The notes: generated by a model not told the origin, from the letters alone. 64,000 nt of DNA from Methanobacteriota archaeon (GCA_014240385.1 JAAZXA010000064.1:28632-92631); one strand, 5' to 3'. Positions 37,028 to 47,293 are shown, counted from the stretch's first letter. Translations and numbers: made by a program.

Positions 37028-37789
37028 TTATTCTTTTGAATCAGTTCTTGCAACATCGGAAGTTAACGCAACATAGGCATCTTCCAAATTTTCAGTACTA
37101 GTTTCCGCCATCAATTCAACAGGGGTGCCATCACAACGAATTTGCCCATTATGCATGATGATAATTCGATCACAGACCATTTGAGCCTCAGCTAAATGAT
37201 GGGTGCTGTAAATGACGGTGCCGCCTTCATCTCTTAGTTTACGGACTAATTCTCGAACCATTCTGGCGCTGGTGACATCTAGGCCGGCGGTCGGCTCATC
37301 TAATAGGAGAATTTCAGGGCCATGGACTAATGCTCTGAGCAGGGCGGTCTTTTGGCGCATTCCTCTGCTAAATCCGCGTGTATGACGATGTAATTCACCA
37401 GAAATTGAGAGTGCTTTTGCGAACCTCAAGGTTCTATTCCACGCAACATCATCATCTATTCCATGTAAGCGAGCATGGTAGCGAATGTTTTCCCATGCAG
37501 TCAAGCGGTGATAGAGTCCAGTAGACTCCGGCACAACTCCAAGTTTTTCTCTAATTTCATGAATTGGTCTATTTTCGCCAGACTTTGAATGGAAGGAGAT
37601 TTCACCTTCAGTCGGCCTATATAATCCGCACAACAGCCTCAACATCGTTGTTTTTCCGGCTCCATTGCCACCAACAAGGCCAACAACATCTCCTCTTTTC
37701 AGGCTTAGATTAACACCATCAACTGCCCTAATTTCTCCAAATTGCTTGACAACCCCACTTGAAGTTAGTAGGGTAGACAAGACACTCAT
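37028..37789 (-). CDS. ABC transporter ATP-binding protein (NatA-like)
   Basis: Walker A GGNGAGKTT, signature FSRGMRQK and Walker B LLLDEPTAGLD. Confidence 0.9.
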   Translation of the reverse strand: MSVLSTLLTSSGVVKQFGEIRAVDGVNLSLKRGDVVGLVGGNGAGKTTMLRLLCGLYRPTEGEISFHSKSGENRPIHEIREKLGVVPESTGLYHRLTAWENIRYHARLHGIDDDVAWNRTLRFAKALSISGELHRHTRGFSRGMRQKTALLRALVHGPEILLLDEPTAGLDVTSARMVRELVRKLRDEGGTVIYSTHHLAEAQMVCDRIIIMHNGQIRCDGTPVELMAETSTENLEDAYVALTSDVARTDSKE

Positions 37790-38088
37790 CTCCTTAATGC
37801 TTCAATTGCGACATCAAGTCCAGGGTGTTTTTCTTCGATAGACTTAGCACGGCCTAGTTGTGCACGTAGTAATTCTCCAACTTCCTTTTGTGGAACTCCT
37901 AAGTCGATATGGTTGGCAATCATTTCCAATGCGCCGGTTATTGCACCTGAATCTAGAAAAGCATCGTTACTAATTTTTCCTTCTAGCCGTAGTTCTTCAA
38001 GTGATCCGGTAAGGAATTCCACTTCATTTCGAACACGAACAACGTCAAGGTGTGCTTGAGAGATTAGGTAGTCAATACAGGTGCGCAT
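37786..38088 (-). CDS. Small helical hypothetical protein (100 aa)
   Basis: ORF with an ATG start and a 4-nt overlap with the ABC ATPase start. No recognised motif. Confidence 0.45.
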   Translation of the reverse strand: MRTCIDYLISQAHLDVVRVRNEVEFLTGSLEELRLEGKISNDAFLDSGAITGALEMIANHIDLGVPQKEVGELLRAQLGRAKSIEEKHPGLDVAIEALRR

Positions 38089-38119
38089 TAAACATCCGAA
38101 TCGCCAACGGTTTTTGAAG

Positions 38120-38545
38120 TCAATGTTGAGTCAATTCCACTAGAACTCCACCGGTACTCTTGGGATGGACGAATGCAATGATGGCCCCTCCTACTCCTTG
38201 GCGTGGAGATGCGTCAATCATTTTGATTCCATTTTCAAGTAAATGGTCGATTACCTGCTGTATATTTTCAACTCTCAAACAAAGTTGTTGAATGCCCGGA
38301 CCCCGCTTTGAGAGAAACTTCCCAATGGGGGTATCTTTGCCCGTTGGCTCAAGAATTTCCAGCATAGGAGGCTTTGACTTAGATGCTGCAACTTCAAAAA
38401 AGCGAGTCACAACTCCTTGCTCCATATTCACCTCATCATGTTCACCTTGGACCAAGCCCAACAATCTCCAGAACTTCGAACCTTCCTCAAGAGATGATGC
38501 TGCAATGCCAATATGATCAATGAATACTCTGCCAATATCAGTCAC
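38120..38545 (-). CDS. mce: Methylmalonyl-CoA epimerase (VOC superfamily)
   Basis: IDHIGIAASSLEE..., LEILEP, GIQQLCLRVENI and IAFVHPKSTGGVLVEL. Confidence 0.8.
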   Translation of the reverse strand: MTDIGRVFIDHIGIAASSLEEGSKFWRLLGLVQGEHDEVNMEQGVVTRFFEVAASKSKPPMLEILEPTGKDTPIGKFLSKRGPGIQQLCLRVENIQQVIDHLLENGIKMIDASPRQGVGGAIIAFVHPKSTGGVLVELTQH

Positions 38546-38554
38546 TTTTTCACC

Positions 38555-40144
38555 TCAAAATCCGCTTGGTGCCATATAGGTCCCAAAGACACTCTTCATT
38601 GCATTGATGATTTCACCAAGGCTTGCACCTGCTTTGACAGCATCGATAACTAGTGGGAATAAATTTTCATCGCCTTTTGCTGCTTGACTTATCTTTTCAA
38701 TAGCAGCACAACACGTTGTTTCATCTCTATTCTGTCTTATTTTTAACAGTAATTCAGATTGCTCGATTCCCACAGTTTGGTCGAGTGTTTGTCCAGCTTT
38801 GGATTCTCCTTCAGGCATTTGAGCATGGTTGACTCCGATGATTTTCCTTTCTCCCGTTTCAACCATGTTTTGATGTTGATATGCAGTTTCATGGATGCAG
38901 CGCTGTTGATAGCCAGATTCTATTCCTTTCAGGGCCCCGCCCATTTCTTCGATTTTCTCTATTTCTTCTTTAGATGCAGCCTTTAATCGCTGTGTTAGGT
39001 CCTCTACATACCATGAACCCCCAAGTGGGTCTACAACGTCAGCAACTCCACTTTCTTCGGCAATGAGCTGTTGAGTTCTTAGTGCAACGGTAGCGCTTTC
39101 CTCCGTTGGAAGTCCTAATGCTTCATCATAGGAATTAGTGTGTAGGGATTGAGTTCCCCCACAAACTGCGGCTAATGCCTGTATGGTTACTCTTGCCACA
39201 TTGTTCAAGGGTTGTTGAGCCGTTAGAGAAACTCCTGCTACTTGAGTATGGAAGCGCAGCATGGCACTTTTCGGGTTTGATGGAGAATATCTTTCGCTGA
39301 TTAGTTCGTACCATAATGCCCGCGCCGCTCTAAACTTTGCAACCTCTTCAAAGAAATCATTATGGCAATTAAAGAAAAACGATAGGCGAGGTCCAAAGAC
39401 ATCAATATCAAGCCCAGATTCGACAGCCGCCTCTACATATGCGAGAGCATTTGACAAGGTGAAAGCAACTTCTTGAACGGCAGTAGAGCCAGCCTCACGG
39501 ATATGATAACCGCTGATACTAATCGTATTCCATTGAGGTACAGACTGAGAGCAATAATCGAAAATGTCAGTTATCAAACGCATTGATGCATCAGGTGGGA
39601 AGATATGGGTGCCTCGGGCGATGTATTCTTTAAGAATATCATTTTGAATAGTCCCTCTCAAAGAAGCAGTGTCGGCTCCTTGTTCTTCTGCTACTGCAAT
39701 GTACATCGCAAGTATGACCATTGCTGGAGCATTGATAGTCATCGAAGTAGAGACTTTATCCATTGGAATTCCATCGAATAATTGGCGCATATTTTCCAAG
39801 CAAGAAATAGAAACACCCACCTTGCCAACTTCACCCTCGCTTAGTGCATCATCTGCATCCAAACCTAATTGAGTAGGTAAGTCGAAGGCGACAGAAAGTC
39901 CACTTTGTCCTCGATCCAGCAATAATTTGAATCGTTCATTAGTAGCCTTGGCAGAAGAAAACCCAGCATATTGACGCATTGTCCAATAGCGCGAGCGATA
40001 CATCGAAGAATGGATGCCTCGTGTATATGGTGGCTGACCAGGAGCACCGATTTCTCCATCATCTTGAGCACCGGAATTGGCTGGAATATCCAAGCCACCC
40101 AGCGTCCTCCACTGCTCCTTCCGGCTAGATGGCTGCCGCCCCAT
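38555..40144 (-). CDS. mcmA: Methylmalonyl-CoA mutase, catalytic (large) subunit
   Basis: YTRGIHSSMYRSRYWTMRQYAGFSSAKATNERFKLLLDRGQSGLSVAFDLPTQLG. The first ATG is at 40144; the track TTG start is at 40198. Confidence 0.9.
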   Translation of the reverse strand: MGRQPSSRKEQWRTLGGLDIPANSGAQDDGEIGAPGQPPYTRGIHSSMYRSRYWTMRQYAGFSSAKATNERFKLLLDRGQSGLSVAFDLPTQLGLDADDALSEGEVGKVGVSISCLENMRQLFDGIPMDKVSTSMTINAPAMVILAMYIAVAEEQGADTASLRGTIQNDILKEYIARGTHIFPPDASMRLITDIFDYCSQSVPQWNTISISGYHIREAGSTAVQEVAFTLSNALAYVEAAVESGLDIDVFGPRLSFFFNCHNDFFEEVAKFRAARALWYELISERYSPSNPKSAMLRFHTQVAGVSLTAQQPLNNVARVTIQALAAVCGGTQSLHTNSYDEALGLPTEESATVALRTQQLIAEESGVADVVDPLGGSWYVEDLTQRLKAASKEEIEKIEEMGGALKGIESGYQQRCIHETAYQHQNMVETGERKIIGVNHAQMPEGESKAGQTLDQTVGIEQSELLLKIRQNRDETTCCAAIEKISQAAKGDENLFPLVIDAVKAGASLGEIINAMKSVFGTYMAPSGF

Positions 40145-40194
40145 AATTAAGTCACAACCGATTCTATGCTCAAGCCTTCCGCTTGGATGTTGCC

Positions 40195-40689
40195 TCAATC
40201 ATGGTGTCCGCCGGGGCCATGAGCATGGCCATGTGCCAACTCTTCATCACTAGCTTTGCGCAGTTCGACCACCTCAACAGTAAAGGTTAGGGATTCTCCA
40301 GCCAACTTGTGGTTGAAGTCTGCCTTAACAATTGCATCATCTACTTCAATGATGTTGAAAGGAGCCGGTCCATTTTCCATATCAGCAACAAGAGTCATTC
40401 CTACTTCCAATTCCATTTCTTCAGGAAATTGTTCACGAGGAATCTCGATGATTCCTGATTCGTCGCGCTGACCATAGGCACGGTCAGGTGTTAGAGTGAA
40501 GGTTCGACTTTCGCCAACCTCAGCGCCCATCATTTCTTCTTCAAAGCCGGGAATCATCTGCATGTGCCCAACGAGGAAAGTTAGCGGTTCTCTACCTTCA
40601 CTGCTGTCAAACTGTTCACCATCTTTCAACGTACCAGAATAGTGTACTCTGGCAATTATATCTTTTTCCATTTTCAAAACATCACTCAT
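40195..40689 (-). CDS. slyD: FKBP-type peptidyl-prolyl isomerase (SlyD-like) with a His-rich tail
   Basis: VHYSGTLKDGEQFDSS...FLVGHMQMIPGFEEEMMGAEVGE, an insert-in-flap region, and C-terminal HGHAHGPGGHHD. Confidence 0.85.
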   Translation of the reverse strand: MSDVLKMEKDIIARVHYSGTLKDGEQFDSSEGREPLTFLVGHMQMIPGFEEEMMGAEVGESRTFTLTPDRAYGQRDESGIIEIPREQFPEEMELEVGMTLVADMENGPAPFNIIEVDDAIVKADFNHKLAGESLTFTVEVVELRKASDEELAHGHAHGPGGHHD

Positions 40690-40698
40690 ATTAGCACC

Positions 40699-41490
40699 TT
40701 ACCTTTTTGTTGTATATTTTTTTACTAGAGAACGCAAGTCATCTGCGACACTCTGGGGAATTATCAGTTCTGCTTGTTTTTCATCTATGAACTCGATAGC
40801 AGCATCGACACCAATCCTCTCGCCTTTTGCCCATACTTGCCCAAGCACATTAGAGCGGTTCTCTTCATCGATGGAATCATCAGCCAATAAATCACGAACC
40901 ACGTACTTGTATTCCAAATACTTGCGGCGGTCTAATTTTTTGACCTGAGGTTGGCGACCGCCTCCCTTCTTTTCACGGCGTCTATTGAAGCGGCGAGCAG
41001 GAGCTCCGGTCTTTGGCTTTGCACCTTTTGGCTTTGGAGCAAAGACATTGACTGGTTCGGCCTTTGGTTGAACAGAAGCGATTGCTTCTTCCGAAGGCTT
41101 GATTGAAGATTCGTGTTGTTTTTTAGCAACTCCAGGTTTGACCTCAGTCTTCCCACCCATGACACGTTGTTGACGGCTTAATTCAGCAAGGCGGTCTTCT
41201 CGAGTTTCCTGTTTGATTTCCTTCTTTCTAACGGAGACATTAGCAGTAGTTTTTGCACCGCGGTCGCCACCACCTGCTTTTGCAGGTCCACTAGCAGATT
41301 GATTTCCTTGGTTTTTCATTTTGGCTAGTGCTTCTTTACGTTTTTTATCGGCTGCTGCCTTAGGGGAAAGTGTAGGTTGAGGACGACTTTGTTTTTTTGG
41401 CTGAGACTTAGTCTTGGAAGGCACTTTACGCGCCGGACGGGCCGGTCCCTTAGCAAAGGGATTGGAAACTTCCTCGTCTCTGCGCCGCAA
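40699..41490 (-). CDS. Highly basic Lys/Arg/Pro-rich protein with a small folded C-terminal domain (263 aa)
   Basis: About 190 aa of low-complexity K/R/P/A/G sequence, then KYLEYKYVVRDLLADDSIDEENRSNVLGQVWAKGERIGVDAAIEFIDEKQ. No family recognised. Confidence 0.55.
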   Translation of the reverse strand: MRRRDEEVSNPFAKGPARPARKVPSKTKSQPKKQSRPQPTLSPKAAADKKRKEALAKMKNQGNQSASGPAKAGGGDRGAKTTANVSVRKKEIKQETREDRLAELSRQQRVMGGKTEVKPGVAKKQHESSIKPSEEAIASVQPKAEPVNVFAPKPKGAKPKTGAPARRFNRRREKKGGGRQPQVKKLDRRKYLEYKYVVRDLLADDSIDEENRSNVLGQVWAKGERIGVDAAIEFIDEKQAELIIPQSVADDLRSLVKKYTTKR

Positions 41491-41558
41491 GTAGAAATCA
41501 ACCTCAAGTGCCTTGGCCTTGTCTTAGGCTGATAACGCTTTTGAAGGGAGTCTTGGCT

Positions 41559-44500
41559 TCAATAACGTCCACTTCTCGGATTTTCAGATACTTGATTTGT
41601 CGAAATAAAATCCAAAGAAGTGGAAGCTTCCGGTTCCTCTTCATGCTCAGCCCATATCCTTTCCAATTGATTGCGAAGTAACATTGCCTGCTCAACTTTT
41701 AATTTACGCTTGGTAATCATCGTATCCAATGCTTCTTCAGCTCCTTCTAATTCTTCCAGCGAAGACGATGCCTCTAAGCGCTTGCGGAAGCCTCGATATC
41801 TGAACCTCTTTCTCATCATTGCTAATGCAGTAATTGGGATCATTAGCAATGGAATTAGCATTTCGCTTGTGAGTATGTCTAAGAAAAATGACACTGATAT
41901 CTCATAACCATCTGAATCATATGCTGATTTGAATCCCTCTCCCGGAACATAGTATATTCCTGTCGAAGCATCACCGTAGAGGTTCATCGGGGTGGATTTT
42001 TTATCATAAGGGTCGCTTCCTCTTTCCTTCTCCATCTCATTAGGGAAGCCATCACCATCTCTGTCCTCATCCAGTGAATCAGGAACCCCATCCCTATCGA
42101 GGTCTGAGGGTCTTGAAGAATAGTCGTAGATATCATAGGAAATACCTTCTGCACCGCCGGCCTGTAATTCGTCATTATTGGAAACTCCATCCCCATCAGC
42201 ATCCAAATCAGCCAAATCCATGATGCCATCCCTGTCAATATCAGAACAGCCCCGCCAAGGAGTCAAACTAATGCCGAATTGATTGACACAATCATCACTC
42301 ATTTCAAATCCAGGTTGGTCATAGAATCCATCTCCATCAAGGTCCGACCAAATTTGCGAATTATTATCATCAATATCGCTAAGATTAGACCAGCCATCTC
42401 CATCTGCATCATGACAGCCGAATGAATCCTTGAAGGATGAACCATAAATCAATGGACAGGCATCAGAATTGGAACCATTCTCCGAATCACCAAATCCGTC
42501 TCCATCGCTGTCTTGATGTTGGGTTGGGTCTAATGGATAGGCATCGGAATTATTTCCATCTTGGTTATCACCATAGCCATCACCATCAGCATCTTGCCAT
42601 TGAGTTGCATCATTTGGATAGAGATCTGCTCGGATTCCAGTTGGGTTATCTCCCCATCCATCACCATCAGTATCGGCATGCTGACTTGCTTCATTTGGCA
42701 AATCATCATCGCTATCTGACCAACCATCTAGGTCTGAGTCAATACAACCGAATTTAATTTGTGAAGAAGTTCCATGCCACATTGGGCAATCATCGAATGG
42801 CCCAACCGCACCATGCGCAACAAGCCCCTCATCCTCATAATTATCATTATCAAAATCAAGTGGTGAAGGGTCAGGCAAATATGCATTTTCTATCCATTGA
42901 CCTGGCCAAGATGTTGCTCGTGTTTCATTCAAACCATCTTGCACCCAGTTATCTCCAAAACCATCTCCGTCAACATCACTCCATTGACTCGATTGAGTAA
43001 TGAATGCATCATAAAGGTCGGATTGGCCATCACTATCCATGTCAGGGCATCCCCAACGGTCGCGCCAAGAATCACCGCGGTATAGTGTACATGAATCAGG
43101 TAAGCGCCCTCTGGCATGATCACCAAAGCCATCTCCATCATCATCTGTGGCTTGTGTAGGATCAAGAGGAAATGCATCGTATTCATCGATCACCCAATCC
43201 CCATCGCCGTCGGTACCTGATTCATAGACGACATTCTCAAAGAGACCATCACCAGTGGCTAATATGATATCAAGGGCTCCATCTCCAGTGGCATCTGCCA
43301 TCACTACATCTCTTGCTGATAGACTAGAAGCGGCAGTCCAACCACCAGTCGGCACCCCATTTTCCAAAATTGTAATCTTAGATGCCGCGTTTGAATTTGC
43401 CCAAACAATATCCAAATCTCCATCTGCATCAATATCCCCAACATCAACTGCATGAGTGAATTGCCATCCTCCAGAAGTCTTCTTTGTGTATTTCATCGTA
43501 CCATTGACAGTTTCATCGTAAAAATACATCGAGTTAGGAAATGAAAAATCAGCAAACAATACATCTTCTCTGCCATCACCATTTATGTCAGCAATAGAAA
43601 CATCCTTGGAGTTTGGAGATGTAAAATTAAACGATGGAATATCAGGAAATAAAGCTCCAGATTGTTCTTGACCAGCATAATTCAGATAAACATGGTTTTG
43701 ACCCCAGCGCACACCACTTGCAAAGATGAGGTCCATGTATCCATCATCATTCAAGTCTCCCGAATCTACAGCCATTGATTGATCAGCCATCTCAGGAGAA
43801 ACAACCCATCCTAAGTATAACTCGTTGGATAAATTACAACATTTGTAGATGTAGTTTTGTCCGCTAGAAGTCGCAACCGCAACATCCCAATCTCCATCAT
43901 TATCGAAATCAGAAACTTCTACATCAGATGTATAGGTGCCATATTGAGAAGTCCAAATGGGATATTGGGAGAGATTTCCATCGAGATTTTCATAAATTTC
44001 ATCATAAAACTTACCAACGAAAATATCCATATCTCCATCATTATCATAATCAAACCAAGAAGCACTTGTAGTCCAATCATCTGATACACTTTGCCAGATT
44101 GGAGTATCGCTCAGTCCATCAGCAGAACCAAGGTAGAGCATATCATTACCTGTACCTGCAGTATCATCGCCCGTCCCTGTATAAAGTAGGTTATTTCCAA
44201 AGAATACATCCATGTATCCATCTCCATTTACATCTGCAGATTCGACGGATTGAGTGCTTGTTAGAACTTCGTCATGCCAACCATATTCATTACTAACAGC
44301 ACGGTCATGATTGAGATATACTTCATCAGCAACTTCTGCATTTCCAAAGATGATATCGTTATCACCATCACCATCAATATCTCCAACTTCTATCGATAAA
44401 GTGTCGGAAAATGTTGTAGTTTGCCAACTTGCAACTGTTTCAATAACTCCGTCGTAATTTGTGAAAACCATATTTTTTTGGCCCTCAAATCCAACCACAA

Positions 44501-45722
44501 TATCAAAATCACCATCGTTGTCCATATCGGCTAATTCTAACCCTCCAACAGTTCCTTTTGCCTGACTTTCCCACCAAACATGGTTTGTATAGAGTCCGCC
44601 ATCATTGTGGAAAAGAAGGAGAGGTGAAAGACTCCCTCCAACCAGTAAGTCATTCCATCCATCTCCATCGACATCGGCTAATACAATATCACCTGCTGAA
44701 TCATTATCGGTTGGGTTAAAGTCTGGCATTTCCCAAAATGTTCCGTTGGTATTGAAGTCATTGACAATCAGGCTAACTCCAGATTGATGAGCAGCAAAAA
44801 TATCTTGATCTCCATCATTATCATAATCAGACAGGTCCACATCCATAATATAGTAATCAAGTGTGACATAGTCATCATTTACGATACAAGTCGGGGCGCA
44901 TGCACTTTCATTAGATGCAGGCGTTAATCCATCTCCAACATCTAGGTAAAGTATGATATATCCTTCTAGAGAGGAGACGATTAAATCTTGATGGTTATCG
45001 CCTGTTAAGTCGGCCCATTCCAAATCATGAACCGAGGCCGAGAATTCGGTTCTCAAGGACGGATAATGGGGGATGCTGCCATTTTCATTGAAGTAAATAT
45101 CAACATTTGCAGCAAAGGTGTATTCAGTTGAACCAGTGGTCAAGTCAATGTCGCCATCGCCATCGATATCAGCCCAATTTGTTGCAGTAGTGTCTCTCCA
45201 AATTGCACCATTCCAAGATGAGCCGGATTCAAAAGTACCATTTTCATTAGTTAGGTAATTCGCCCTTCCATTTGCCCGCGAAAAATCAAGGTCTCCATCG
45301 CCATCAAAGTCTCCAAGGCTCATATCGCGAGTATAACCTCCGCCAATGACAAAATCTGGTTCTGATGCACCGCCAAACCCTTGTGTAGTTGAAACACATT
45401 CAGCCTTTAGAATATGACAATCATTATGCGCAACTGGAACAGGAACAGCAGGGTTCATTGGTTGAATATCAACATCATTGTTCCAACCGTCTCCATCTGA
45501 ATCATCAACAGTGACGTTGAAGCGGGTGGCAGAAGGTTGCCACCAATCATTTGTAATTAAATTATAACCGCCCTCTGAAAGGTCAACTTCTTCTTCATGA
45601 GACGTGTTTCTGACAGTATTTTGTTCTAAATTATTACTTGTGTTCGTAAAGAAAAGAAGCGATTGCCCAATCATCAATAGAATAATAATTTTGGCTAAAG
45701 TTCGTTTACTAGTCATAGACAT
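41559..45722 (-). CDS. Giant surface protein: about 14 FG-GAP/VCBS repeats, then thrombospondin type-3-like Ca-binding repeats, with a C-terminal TM anchor (1387 aa)
   Basis: Signal/anchor LAKIIILLMIGQSLLFF. 14 motifs of the form D[FIVY]DGDGDxD[IL] (DFDGDGDLD ... DATGDGALD). More than 10 motifs of the form D.DGDG[FWY]GD. C-terminal TM LIPLLMIPITALAMM plus a coiled-coil tail. Confidence 0.8.
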   Translation of the reverse strand: MSMTSKRTLAKIIILLMIGQSLLFFTNTSNNLEQNTVRNTSHEEEVDLSEGGYNLITNDWWQPSATRFNVTVDDSDGDGWNNDVDIQPMNPAVPVPVAHNDCHILKAECVSTTQGFGGASEPDFVIGGGYTRDMSLGDFDGDGDLDFSRANGRANYLTNENGTFESGSSWNGAIWRDTTATNWADIDGDGDIDLTTGSTEYTFAANVDIYFNENGSIPHYPSLRTEFSASVHDLEWADLTGDNHQDLIVSSLEGYIILYLDVGDGLTPASNESACAPTCIVNDDYVTLDYYIMDVDLSDYDNDGDQDIFAAHQSGVSLIVNDFNTNGTFWEMPDFNPTDNDSAGDIVLADVDGDGWNDLLVGGSLSPLLLFHNDGGLYTNHVWWESQAKGTVGGLELADMDNDGDFDIVVGFEGQKNMVFTNYDGVIETVASWQTTTFSDTLSIEVGDIDGDGDNDIIFGNAEVADEVYLNHDRAVSNEYGWHDEVLTSTQSVESADVNGDGYMDVFFGNNLLYTGTGDDTAGTGNDMLYLGSADGLSDTPIWQSVSDDWTTSASWFDYDNDGDMDIFVGKFYDEIYENLDGNLSQYPIWTSQYGTYTSDVEVSDFDNDGDWDVAVATSSGQNYIYKCCNLSNELYLGWVVSPEMADQSMAVDSGDLNDDGYMDLIFASGVRWGQNHVYLNYAGQEQSGALFPDIPSFNFTSPNSKDVSIADINGDGREDVLFADFSFPNSMYFYDETVNGTMKYTKKTSGGWQFTHAVDVGDIDADGDLDIVWANSNAASKITILENGVPTGGWTAASSLSARDVVMADATGDGALDIILATGDGLFENVVYESGTDGDGDWVIDEYDAFPLDPTQATDDDGDGFGDHARGRLPDSCTLYRGDSWRDRWGCPDMDSDGQSDLYDAFITQSSQWSDVDGDGFGDNWVQDGLNETRATSWPGQWIENAYLPDPSPLDFDNDNYEDEGLVAHGAVGPFDDCPMWHGTSSQIKFGCIDSDLDGWSDSDDDLPNEASQHADTDGDGWGDNPTGIRADLYPNDATQWQDADGDGYGDNQDGNNSDAYPLDPTQHQDSDGDGFGDSENGSNSDACPLIYGSSFKDSFGCHDADGDGWSNLSDIDDNNSQIWSDLDGDGFYDQPGFEMSDDCVNQFGISLTPWRGCSDIDRDGIMDLADLDADGDGVSNNDELQAGGAEGISYDIYDYSSRPSDLDRDGVPDSLDEDRDGDGFPNEMEKERGSDPYDKKSTPMNLYGDASTGIYYVPGEGFKSAYDSDGYEISVSFFLDILTSEMLIPLLMIPITALAMMRKRFRYRGFRKRLEASSSLEELEGAEEALDTMITKRKLKVEQAMLLRNQLERIWAEHEEEPEASTSLDFISTNQVSENPRSGRY

Positions 45723-45797
45723 ATGCTGCGTGGGGAGGTAAAAGGTGATGAATGTTTCATCGACACCTTATTCTCTTTTGAGTGCTTGAGCAAGAAA

Positions 45798-46217
45798 ATG
45801 GGCTCCTTTCTGGAACACGCAAACATGACCGTTATTGATGTCGATGAAACGCTTCGTTTCCTTTCAACAGCATTCCCAGATTGGAAGGTAAGGGCTGATA
45901 ATATTGGCAGCTCTGGAAGGTGGGTTCATTTTGGCTCTTCAACTCACTACCTTGCAATTGAAGATAGAGGCGCTACAGTGAAAGGCCCACATGAGCCCTA
46001 TGTGCATCCGGGATTAAATCACCTTGGATTTGTAGTAGATGAACTGGATGCTCTATGCTTGAGAATGCGTTCTGCTGGGTATAGAGAAGGTATGGAAGCG
46101 CCTGTACATTCAGCAAGGAAAAGGGCTTATTTTTTTGATGGTGATGGCAATGAATTTGAGTTTGTGGAGTATCTAGTGGAAACATCAGAGGCAAGGAATG
46201 ATTACTCAGACGTATAG
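45798..46217 (+). CDS. Glyoxalase/VOC-family protein
   Basis: LEHANMTVIDVDETLRFL...LNHLGFVVDELD...YFFDGDGNEFEFVEY. The likely start is MGSFLEH at 45798; the track start at 45723 abuts the divergent giant gene. Confidence 0.65.
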   Translation: MGSFLEHANMTVIDVDETLRFLSTAFPDWKVRADNIGSSGRWVHFGSSTHYLAIEDRGATVKGPHEPYVHPGLNHLGFVVDELDALCLRMRSAGYREGMEAPVHSARKRAYFFDGDGNEFEFVEYLVETSEARNDYSDV

Positions 46218-46279
46218 GGTACACTTGAGAACTTTGCTTGAGTAAAAGTGCAGCATCTAGGCCCTTCTCGGAAGGGCAT

Positions 46280-47293
46280 TCAAGCCCAAGTAATCACAGT
46301 CTGGTCAGTTCTCAACTGTGGATTAACCGCACTATTTTCTAAAGTGGTTTGCTCATTTTCCTTTAGGTGTAGCCAACCGAGTCTTGCTATCATCGCCCCA
46401 TTATCAACACAAAACATCCTATCTGGAACATGAGCACTACCCTCCCTGTCTTCAGCCATTTGAGATACCATTTCTCGCAGCCTCGTATTACAAGCAACTC
46501 CACCACCGAGTAGAATTTCTGTTTTACCAGTATGAGCTAATGCTCTTTCTGCTACTTCTACAGAAGCAGCAAATGCATGTTCTTGCAATGACCAGCAAAC
46601 TGCACCCAATTCTGTACCTTTTTCGACCATGTGCTTTGCTGCTGTGTATATCCCTGAGAATTGTAAGTCCATGCCGTGTACAGCATATGGCAATTCAAGT
46701 CCTTCCATGCTCGGGTTAGGATTCTTCGCTAACCATTCTGCAGCCAGTTTTTCGATTTTTGGACCACCTGGGAATGCCATACCGTTTATTCTAGCAAATT
46801 TATCTAACATATTGCCAATACCTACGTCTAATGTCTCCCCCAGTACTCTGTACCTATCTCCAACTCTGCTAATAACTTGGGTGTTTCCTCCAGAAACATA
46901 GAGAAGAACTGGGTCCTTACAGTTGCATTGTTCTCTCCCTATTTCGATATGTGCTACACAATGATTTACACCGATGAGCGGAACCTCAAGCGTAGTTGCA
47001 ATTGACCTTGCTACTGATGCCCCAACTCGCAAGCAAGGAGCAAGACCAGGGCCTTGAGAGAACGCAACCGCGCTTATTTCAAGTTCCTCTTTGGATAGTA
47101 ATTCTTCTAACACATCTTTACTAATATCAGCATGATGATCAGCAGCCTCTCGTGGATGAATTCCACCTTCTTTTGGTTGCAGCATTGAGGAAACTGAAGG
47201 AGTGGGGATTCCTTCGCTGTTAACCATACCCATCGAGAAGGTATGGGCAGTTGATTCAATGCCAAGAACCGCCCCTAACATGTCATCACCCAT
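46280..47293 (-). CDS. kae1: tRNA N6-adenosine threonylcarbamoyltransferase Kae1
   Basis: LGIESTAHTFSMG, GVNHCVAHIE and SGGNTQV. Start at 47293 or 47281; the track ORF to 47566 is an artefactual extension. No fused Bud32 kinase. Confidence 0.9.
   Translation of the reverse strand: MGDDMLGAVLGIESTAHTFSMGMVNSEGIPTPSVSSMLQPKEGGIHPREAADHHADISKDVLEELLSKEELEISAVAFSQGPGLAPCLRVGASVARSIATTLEVPLIGVNHCVAHIEIGREQCNCKDPVLLYVSGGNTQVISRVGDRYRVLGETLDVGIGNMLDKFARINGMAFPGGPKIEKLAAEWLAKNPNPSMEGLELPYAVHGMDLQFSGIYTAAKHMVEKGTELGAVCWSLQEHAFAASVEVAERALAHTGKTEILLGGGVACNTRLREMVSQMAEDREGSAHVPDRMFCVDNGAMIARLGWLHLKENEQTTLENSAVNPQLRTDQTVITWA

Noticed and set aside
41984-43186. Several His/Met-rich ORFs on both strands inside 41559..45722
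   Set aside because: They are alternative-frame artefacts of the repetitive GAT/GGT (DxDGDG) coding repeats. They are fully nested in the giant gene.
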